From an uncultured Solirubrobacterales bacterium (GTDB taxonomy: Bacteria > Actinomycetota > Thermoleophilia > Solirubrobacterales > Solirubrobacteraceae): a stretch of 64,000 bases of DNA. Location of the stretch: assembly GCA_963813175.1 (NCBI GenBank), contig CAWEXV010000001.1, positions 702,911 to 766,910 on the forward strand. The letters run 5' to 3'. Positions 57,039-64,000 of this stretch are shown here, piece after piece; positions within the stretch are counted from its first letter, which is position 1, and every line of letters begins with the position of its first letter. The notes under the pieces are model-generated. The model made no database searches. It was not told where the DNA came from and saw only the letters and a program-made list of their open reading frames with translations. Position numbers and translations under genes: made by a program.

Positions 57039-59782
57039 ACCCCAAGCCATCACAGAGCCCTCTGCCTCTCGTGGCTGTAGTCGCTGGCCTGGTGGCTGTG
57101 TCACTTCTCGGTCGCTTGCAGTCCCTTCCGGAGGTTGCCATTGGCGGTGCCTTGCTGTTACTGCCTGTGCTGCCCGTTGCGGGGGTGATCGTGTCCGTGG
57201 GTGTCGCGGCTCGTGTCGTCGCTAGTCGTCGTTCGCTCGCCTCAAGGGTCCGGCTCGTAGTGCTCGCCCCCGACTCGTTTGACCCGAGCCTTGATGCCGT
57301 GCTGCGCTGCGCCGCTCAGCTCTCGCGTGTGCGTCGTCTCGTTGGCGGCTGGCTCGACCCGCGCGCACGCGCCGTGCGCGTCCTGCTCGACACGGACGCC
57401 GAGGGCCGGATGCGCTACTCGCTCAGTGTGCCCGAGCGGGCGCTGCCGGCCCTCCGCGCTGCACTCGGCGTTTATGACCGTGTGCAAGCGCGCGTCGTCG
57501 AGTCCGAGCCAACCCCGAGCGCTCCACGCGAGAGGGTGCAGGTTGTCCGGGCGGAGTTGCGTCTCGCGCGGCCGAGTAGTGAACCGCTCGCGCAGCTCCC
57601 GCTCCTACCCGACCCGCTGCAGAGCTTCGCACAGGTGCTCACGCGTCTGAATCACGAGCACGGCGACCGCGCACAGATCGCGATTGACCTGCTGCCGGCT
57701 GTGCCGGCGACCCGTAGGCGTCTGCGGCGTCGGCTGCTCAAGCAGGCACGCCGGCTGGAAGACGGCGCGACGGGTGACGGGCGTGATCCCCGCGCCGGGC
57801 TGGGCGGCGGGCGCCCGGTCGGCCGGCGCCGCCCAGCGGAAATGGTCGAGCAGCGCGCCGTCAGAGAGGAGCTGAGCGCGAAGCTCGTAAAGGCCGAGCC
57901 ACTGTTCCGGCTGCAAGTCCTGATTCGTGCAAGCTCACCAGAGCGAGGCAGCGCGGTCTCCTGCCTTCACGGCCTGCTCGGCTGCTTTGACGCAATGCAG
58001 GCCGCCAATTCCCTGCGGGTCGTCGGCGTGCGGTTCCTGGGGTTGGCGTTCGCGGGATCGGACCTCCCCGGCCGTCGCACATGGTTTGACCGGCGCATGA
58101 GCACCGGACTATTCCGGCCGGCCCGCAAGGATTACGTCACCGCACGGGAGATAGCCGGGTTCCTCAAGCCGCCAACCGTTCACTGCGCCGCCCCGGAAGT
58201 CCTGCGTCTCGGCCCAGCAGTCTACCCCGCGCCGAGAGCACTCCCGACGTTCACCGGGCAGCCCGGCCTGATACCGCTCGGGCGGGTGGAGAGCGAGGAC
58301 GGCGAGCGCCGCGTCGGCCTGCGTGCCGAGGACTCATTCTTTTCCTATATCGCGGGCCGCTCGCGGTGGGGAAAAACCGAGCTAGCGCTAAACCAATTTC
58401 TACACATCGTCCGCTCCGGGCACGGTGGTCTGATCCTCGACCCTCACCTCGACGCGATAAAGCGCGTCAAGGCTTGTCTTACCGAGCCTGAGCTAGCCGG
58501 GCGGATCATCGAACTCGATCTAGTCGGGCCGCGCAGCCGCGACGGCCAGCCCGGCTGGAACCTATTCGCCGCGCGTGGCCTTGACCCCGAGGCAGCCGAG
58601 CGACGGGTCGAGGCCATCGTTGACTCATTTGCGAGCGCGTTGCAGTGGGGGGAGCGTAACAACCGTGCGCTCACGATCACGACGCAGGCAGCGGGCGCGC
58701 TGATCGAGCTAGCCGCCATGCTGCCCGATGGGCTACAGCCCACGATCTTCCAAATGCCGACGCTGCTCGGCAACCCCGACTGGCTCGCCACCGCGCTCCC
58801 CTACCTCTCCCCAGCAAGGCGCCAATTCTTTACTGAGCGATTCCCCCGGCTGAGCGAGGAGGCGATCACACCCGTAACAAACCTGATCGACCGTCTGCGG
58901 TCATCGACGCAGCTCGCGGCGTTACTCGGCTCACAGTCGTCAAGCTATGACATTCGCCGCGCGATGGACGAGCGCAAGATCGTGCTCGCGTGCCCCGGTG
59001 CCGGAGGCGCGACGGACAGGCTCGTGGCGTGCCTGCTCGTGTTCGACATGCTCCACGCCGCCAAGGGCCGCGCAAACGTGCCACCCGAGCAGCGTCCACC
59101 GTTTTACCTGGTTCTCGATGAGATCCAAACCTATGACGGTGCCACTGGCGGAAACGTCGCCGCGCTTTTGGAGCAGACAGCAAAGTACGAGATCAAGGCC
59201 ACATTGCTCAATCAAAACCCTGAGCGACTCACCAAGCAAACTCTCAACGCGATCACCACCAACCGCAGCCACCTAATAACGACCGCGCTCGACGCCCACG
59301 CCGCCGGTCTGGTCGTTAGAGAGTGGGGAGCCGACCCGCCCGCCAGTGCGATCACCGGCCTGCCACGCTGGCGGTTCATCGCACAAGTCACACACAAGGG
59401 CGCGCTGACCTCGCCGTTCATGTTCAACGGCGAGTCGATCGAGGACGCCTACGCACCCTCCTATCGTCCCGATGCCGTTGCCGACATTCAGCCGGCGATC
59501 GACGCGGCGTCCGGGCGGGCGAGCGCCGCCGAGACGATCACCCAACTAGACACCCTCGATCAGCGGATAAGAGAGCACCTAGAAGCCAAGCAGGGACACC
59601 ACCGTGACTCGGGCGCTGACGCCGACCGGCCGTGGAGCGCACCCGCCGCGCCTCGAATGAGAGGGCCAGCGTGCGACAACACCCCGAGCACAACTGCCGA
59701 GTGCGCCGAGCCGGGACGGCGACACTCCACACCGCTTCGTACACTCGGCTCCCGCCCAGAGATACGGGACGGCGAGCGGTGA
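57035..59782 (+). CDS. VirD4/TcpA-like coupling ATPase
   Basis: N-terminal TM helices; GRSRWGKTE, LDPH, LDEIQ, NQNP. Confidence 0.82.
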   Translation: MNPKPSQSPLPLVAVVAGLVAVSLLGRLQSLPEVAIGGALLLLPVLPVAGVIVSVGVAARVVASRRSLASRVRLVVLAPDSFDPSLDAVLRCAAQLSRVRRLVGGWLDPRARAVRVLLDTDAEGRMRYSLSVPERALPALRAALGVYDRVQARVVESEPTPSAPRERVQVVRAELRLARPSSEPLAQLPLLPDPLQSFAQVLTRLNHEHGDRAQIAIDLLPAVPATRRRLRRRLLKQARRLEDGATGDGRDPRAGLGGGRPVGRRRPAEMVEQRAVREELSAKLVKAEPLFRLQVLIRASSPERGSAVSCLHGLLGCFDAMQAANSLRVVGVRFLGLAFAGSDLPGRRTWFDRRMSTGLFRPARKDYVTAREIAGFLKPPTVHCAAPEVLRLGPAVYPAPRALPTFTGQPGLIPLGRVESEDGERRVGLRAEDSFFSYIAGRSRWGKTELALNQFLHIVRSGHGGLILDPHLDAIKRVKACLTEPELAGRIIELDLVGPRSRDGQPGWNLFAARGLDPEAAERRVEAIVDSFASALQWGERNNRALTITTQAAGALIELAAMLPDGLQPTIFQMPTLLGNPDWLATALPYLSPARRQFFTERFPRLSEEAITPVTNLIDRLRSSTQLAALLGSQSSSYDIRRAMDERKIVLACPGAGGATDRLVACLLVFDMLHAAKGRANVPPEQRPPFYLVLDEIQTYDGATGGNVAALLEQTAKYEIKATLLNQNPERLTKQTLNAITTNRSHLITTALDAHAAGLVVREWGADPPASAITGLPRWRFIAQVTHKGALTSPFMFNGESIEDAYAPSYRPDAVADIQPAIDAASGRASAAETITQLDTLDQRIREHLEAKQGHHRDSGADADRPWSAPAAPRMRGPACDNTPSTTAECAEPGRRHSTPLRTLGSRPEIRDGER

Positions 59783-60690
59783 GTGCTCACGCCGTCAGTC
59801 ACCGTGCGTTGCCGGGCGTCGCGCCCGCGATGCTCGCCGGGCTCTACCAGCACCGGCTACTCACGACGAAGCAGCTCCACGCGCTCTACACGCCCGAGAC
59901 ACGGCTGCGGTGGACCCGGCGCGTGCTCGAATCGCTGCGCTCGCGCGGGCTCGTGGATCGCGTGCAGGGACCTGGCACGCTCTCGCTGTGGTTCACGACC
60001 GATGACGGCGCCGATGCCGTCGAGACCACCGGCCCCCGAGCTGAGCCACGCAGACGAGTCACCACACAAGCGCAGGCCGAAGGACTCCTGCGTAAGCACA
60101 CCATCGCGGTCAACGACGTGGGGATCGCGTTCACCATCGCGGCACGCAAGCGAGGAGACGAGTGCGGCCCGGACTCTTGGCGACACGAGATAGCACACCC
60201 AATATCAGCCGGCAGCGTTCGCAAGCCAGCGCAGCTCGTGATCGCCGACGCTCTACTGACCTACCTACAGACCACGGCCGACGGAGCGCTCGTGCTGCAC
60301 CAGCGCTTTATCGAGCTTGACCGAGGGACCGCCCGTCCAGCCGAGCAGCTAGCCGCCAAGATCACCCGCTACACCAGGCTCCGCTACTACACACCCATAT
60401 CGGCCGCCGCTCCCGACGCACCGGCCGAGCCGCTGTGGCGCCGCTACTACCGATCCTGGCCGCACCTTCTCGTCGTGCTCGCCGATCAGTCACCAAAGCG
60501 CATCAAGCAGCGGATTCAACGCACACTTGCACTCTACGAATCCGATCCCGGCAAGGATCACCGCATCGCCATCCCCGTCTCGTTCGTGAGCCTCGACGAC
60601 CTCACCGAGAGAGGACCGTTTGCCCCCATTTTTGTCACGGCCGACCAACCCGAACGCACCGTGAACTGGCTCGGAGAACCAGCAAGCTGA
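59779..60690 (+). CDS. Replication-relaxation family relaxase (intact)
   Basis: LYQHRLLTTKQL, HTIAVND, ADALL, FIELDRGT. Confidence 0.85.
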   Translation: MSAHAVSHRALPGVAPAMLAGLYQHRLLTTKQLHALYTPETRLRWTRRVLESLRSRGLVDRVQGPGTLSLWFTTDDGADAVETTGPRAEPRRRVTTQAQAEGLLRKHTIAVNDVGIAFTIAARKRGDECGPDSWRHEIAHPISAGSVRKPAQLVIADALLTYLQTTADGALVLHQRFIELDRGTARPAEQLAAKITRYTRLRYYTPISAAAPDAPAEPLWRRYYRSWPHLLVVLADQSPKRIKQRIQRTLALYESDPGKDHRIAIPVSFVSLDDLTERGPFAPIFVTADQPERTVNWLGEPAS

Positions 60691-60703
60691 CGAAAGGGAC
60701 GAC

Positions 60704-62302
60704 ATGACCGCTGCAAGATCACGCAAAGTAATTCGACGCGGACCCAGCCAACGCGGCTCAGAGCTTCCCAGCAGGCGCCGCTGGGAAATTCGTAACGATG
60801 ACTGCCAGAAGGTACTGCCGAAACTGCGAGCCAACAGCATCGACGCGATCGTCACCGATCCGCCCTATGGCCTTGAGTTCATGGGCAACGAGTGGGACAG
60901 CTTTCGCAGCGACGACCCAGGCACAAACCGCAACCGCGGCGAGCGCGCGGGATCGCAGGGGATGACCCACGGTGACGGCGAAGGCAACCATCCGGCGCGG
61001 GGGAAGATCGCTGTCGCGTATGGTGGCGGCAAACGCCCGGAGACCTCTAGGTGTACAGGGTGCGGTAAGCGCGACCAGTTTCGCAACAAGCACGCTTGCG
61101 GGCGGTCCGCTCGATGGGTGCGCGAACCGATCGATCCATTCGCGGCGCCCCCAACAACCCTGGCGTTCGAGAACTGGTGCCGCGAGTGGGCGCTCGCTGC
61201 GATACGAGTCTTGAAGCCCGGCGGCTACCTGCTCGCCTTCGGCGGTACCCGCACCCACCACCGTCTAGCCACCGCGCTCGAGGACGCCGGCTTCGAGATC
61301 CGCGACTGCTTATGCTGGCTCTACGGGCAGGGCTTCCCCAAGTCGCTGAACGTCGCCGCAGCGATCGACAAAGCTAAAGGCCATGCCACTCGCGGCCACG
61401 CGATCCCGGTTGCCTCAACCCACCTCCCGAGCGGACGCTATGCCAAAGAGAAACTCACCGGGAACCCGGTCGAGCCATACAGGGCGCGCAGTCGAGCTGC
61501 TGCAGCGTGGGAGGGCTGGGGCACCGCGCTGAAGCCAGCGTGGGAGCCGATCGTCATAGCGCGCAAGCCGCCGGATGGGACGATTGCCGAAAATGTTTGC
61601 AGGCACGGCACCGGCGCGTTGCATATCGACGGCTGCCGGATCGCATTCCAGTCTGCTGGAGACGAGCGTAAGAGCAAGATCAAGAACCGGCACGCCGATT
61701 TCGACTCTGGGACGCGCAAGAACCGAATCTACGGCCGTGACAAGCGCGCCCGCAGTAACTACAATCCCCCCGGCCGCTGGCCGGCGAACGTGGCCCTATC
61801 GCACTCCAAGGACTGCCGGCGAATCGGCCAAACCTGTGTGCGTTCAAACTGTCATCACCCGGCAGTTGGCGGCGCGGGCACGACCGGTCACCAAGGCCAA
61901 AAGCGACTTGCTGAGTGTTCGAGCGCGGCGGAGCTGGTCGGCTGCTGGGAGTGCTCCCCCGATTGTGCCGTGCGTATACTCGATGAAAAGAGCGGCGTGT
62001 CACCTTCACGGTTCTTCTACAGCGCCAAGGCATCCCGCGCCGAGCGAGACACGGGCCTCGATGAGGCTGGCAACACGCATCCGACCGTGAAGCCGATCGG
62101 CCTCATGCGATGGCTCGTCCGACTCGTCACGCCTCCCGGTGGAACCGTTCTCGACCCGTTCGCCGGCAGCGGCTCGACGGGCTGCGCGGCCGTCCTGGAG
62201 GGCGCTCGCTTCCTCGGCATCGAGCGCGAAGCCGCCTACGTCTCGATAGCGCGAGCCCGGATCAGGCATTGGGCCAGATCGACCGAGAGGCACAGCCAAT
62301 GA
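60704..62302 (+). CDS. N4/N6 DNA methyltransferase (beta class)
   Basis: TDPPY, RVLKPGG, LKPAWEPI, HPTVKP, LDPFAGSGST. Confidence 0.92.
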   Translation: MTAARSRKVIRRGPSQRGSELPSRRRWEIRNDDCQKVLPKLRANSIDAIVTDPPYGLEFMGNEWDSFRSDDPGTNRNRGERAGSQGMTHGDGEGNHPARGKIAVAYGGGKRPETSRCTGCGKRDQFRNKHACGRSARWVREPIDPFAAPPTTLAFENWCREWALAAIRVLKPGGYLLAFGGTRTHHRLATALEDAGFEIRDCLCWLYGQGFPKSLNVAAAIDKAKGHATRGHAIPVASTHLPSGRYAKEKLTGNPVEPYRARSRAAAAWEGWGTALKPAWEPIVIARKPPDGTIAENVCRHGTGALHIDGCRIAFQSAGDERKSKIKNRHADFDSGTRKNRIYGRDKRARSNYNPPGRWPANVALSHSKDCRRIGQTCVRSNCHHPAVGGAGTTGHQGQKRLAECSSAAELVGCWECSPDCAVRILDEKSGVSPSRFFYSAKASRAERDTGLDEAGNTHPTVKPIGLMRWLVRLVTPPGGTVLDPFAGSGSTGCAAVLEGARFLGIEREAAYVSIARARIRHWARSTERHSQ

Positions 62303-62601
62303 GCGACGAAAAGCAAGCAGCCAAGCGGGATGCCAGCCAACAGGGGCGCCCGCCCCGGCCCTGCGAGACGCGACGCAGACGGCGCCGGTCGCCTGCCGCG
62401 CCCGTCTGCGCTACCGTTGGAGCATCCAAGCAAAGCGGCCGGGCAGCGTTGGAGCGCCCCCGGCCCGACACAGGAGGTTGTGACTCCCATGCAGGATCAA
62501 CATACCGCGACGGCGACCTTGAAGCCTTCGCAAACTGGTTTGCTGACTGGTGGCTTCGACGCGGACGAGACAATGATGGGACTGGAGGCGATCGTGGCTA
62601 A
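62299..62601 (+). CDS. Small hypothetical protein
   Basis: ATGA overlap with the MTase stop; ends overlapping the recombinase start; DLEAFANWFADWWLRRG. Confidence 0.35.
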   Translation: MSDEKQAAKRDASQQGRPPRPCETRRRRRRSPAAPVCATVGASKQSGRAALERPRPDTGGCDSHAGSTYRDGDLEAFANWFADWWLRRGRDNDGTGGDRG

Positions 62602-64000
62602 GCGCGGCGCCGCCTACGTCCGCGAGTCAAGCGAGGAGCAGGGCGAGGGTTTCTCCCCCGGAGCGCAGCGTAGAAAGATTTACGAATGGGCTCAAGAGAA
62701 CGGGATCGAGATTGTCGAAGAGTATTGCGATCTTCACTCCGCGTGGCGCAAGTCCGACGCCCGGCCTGATTTCCAACGACTCATGGCAGACGCTTCCAAG
62801 GGTAACTTTGACGTTGTGCTCGTCTTTCACACATCAAGATTCGCGCGCAATCAGACCGAGGCACGCCGGTACAAGCAGCTTCTCCGAGAGCGTCTGAACA
62901 TCCAGGTCATCTCGGTATCGCAGCCGTTCGGTAACGACCCGTCCGAGCCGTCATCGTTCCTCGCCGAGTCAATCAACGAGGTGTTTGACGAGTATTACTC
63001 GGTGGCCCTATCGTTCTGGACGCGCAATGGGCTCGCTGAGAAGGCCCGCGAAGGACATCTAGTCGGACTGCTCCCGTGGGGTTACGTGCGCGACCTCAAG
63101 ACAAAGCTGGCGGTGCCTCATCCGTGGCGCGCGCCGCTCGTACTCGAAATGTTCAAGCGGTATGACACAGGGCAAGAGTCCGACCGATCCCTCGCCGCCT
63201 GGTTGAACGCCAAGGGAGCCCGCACCGCCCGTGACCGAGAGTTCTGCGCAGACACCGTTAGGGACATGCTCCGTAACGCCGCCTATTGCGGATATGTCTC
63301 CGGGCAGCGCGACACCAACAAGACGATCAAGGGACTCCATGAGCCGATCGTCCCGGAGGAGCTGTTCGACAGCGTGCAGCGACTCCGCGCGTACCGAGCA
63401 GCGGTCAAGCAGCCGAGCCCACCATCGGATGAGTACCTGCTGCGCAAGATGCTCCGATGCGAGCGTTGCGGCGCCCGGATGCACGGCACCCGTGGATCGC
63501 GCCCGCCCGTCCGGCGCTATCAGTGCTCATCCGGCCGGCACGGGAACGCTTGCGGCCAGAGGATCACCAAGGCCGAGCCCCTGGAGAACCAGCTCGCGGA
63601 GTGGCTGCGTGCGTTCCAGCCCGACGCCGACCTACGCAAGCGCGTGCTCGACGCGATCAGCGCACAGGCCCGCGAGCAGAGCGGCGAGACGAACCGACGC
63701 GCTAAGCTGGCCGACCAGCTCCGCCGTCTGCAAGACCTCTACGTGCTCGGCGACCTCACCAAGGCGCAGTACGTCATGCGCCGTCAGGCCGCGCAAGACG
63801 AGCTGGAACGCCTGGCGCCCCCAGCCAACCCGCAACTCGCCGAGGCCGAGAACCTGCTCGCCAACTTCGCGAGCTTTTGGGATCGCGAGAGTTCGCCCGC
63901 CGAGCGCCACCGCCTGCTCACGACGCTCTTTGAGCGCGTATGGCAGGACGCGGGGCGGATCGTGTTCGTGAAGCCACGACCCGCCTTCGCGCCCTACTTC
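62594..64000 (+). CDS. Large serine recombinase (3' end outside window; absent from the ORF track)
   Basis: ggagg RBS, GTG 62594; AAYVRES, RPDFQRLM, SRFARN, PWGY, NAAYCG, CERCG...YQC zinc ribbon; same frame at 62594 and 63962-64000. Confidence 0.92.
   Translation, partial: MAKRGAAYVRESSEEQGEGFSPGAQRRKIYEWAQENGIEIVEEYCDLHSAWRKSDARPDFQRLMADASKGNFDVVLVFHTSRFARNQTEARRYKQLLRERLNIQVISVSQPFGNDPSEPSSFLAESINEVFDEYYSVALSFWTRNGLAEKAREGHLVGLLPWGYVRDLKTKLAVPHPWRAPLVLEMFKRYDTGQESDRSLAAWLNAKGARTARDREFCADTVRDMLRNAAYCGYVSGQRDTNKTIKGLHEPIVPEELFDSVQRLRAYRAAVKQPSPPSDEYLLRKMLRCERCGARMHGTRGSRPPVRRYQCSSGRHGNACGQRITKAEPLENQLAEWLRAFQPDADLRKRVLDAISAQAREQSGETNRRAKLADQLRRLQDLYVLGDLTKAQYVMRRQAAQDELERLAPPANPQLAEAENLLANFASFWDRESSPAERHRLLTTLFERVWQDAGRIVFVKPRPAFAPYF

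Larger units (their letters stand above)
32732..64000. mobile_element. Integrative conjugative element 2 (continues past the window)
   Basis: TcpE, VirB4, VirB6-like, lytic transglycosylase-CHAP, coupling ATPase, relaxase and large serine recombinase genes plus cargo. Confidence 0.75.

Noticed and set aside
11745-64000. Prophage
   Set aside because: No terminase, portal, capsid or tail genes; recombinases are accompanied by conjugation genes

Overview
High-GC actinobacterial DNA (gene content suggests Thermoleophilia/Solirubrobacterales; inference). 1-11.7 kb is chromosomal backbone: partial DHFR, a HIT protein, a divergent MtrA-like/thymidylate-synthase-like/DUF4346 fusion coupled to a ParB/Srx-like gene, a lipid-catabolism trio, an alpha/beta hydrolase and a UvrA-like/VOC pair. 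From about 11.7 kb the window is accessory DNA that looks like two integrative elements in tandem, separated by a tRNA 3'-end remnant (att-like) at 32.7 kb. The left element (about 11.7-32.7 kb) is decayed. It carries the best candidate for an undescribed system: a tightly packed five-gene minus-strand operon (class I SAM methyltransferase, split in frame by IS256; unknown-domain + purine-nucleoside-phosphorylase fusion; HD nucleotidase; YqcI/YcgG enzyme; adenylate-kinase-like protein). It also has an orphan N6-adenine DNA MTase next to an IS3 without target duplication, a broken relaxase, a coupling protein and a tyrosine integrase. The right element (32.7 to beyond 64 kb) has a perfect 39-bp tandem array, XRE genes with shared upstream motifs, a glycosylation/lectin cassette and an ECF-sigma/anti-sigma-like fusion. 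It ends in a Gram-positive-type conjugation operon with a dead MTase, a PAPS-reductase-family gene, an intact DNA MTase and a large serine recombinase all translationally coupled into it. All calls come from motif recognition by eye; no database searches were run.
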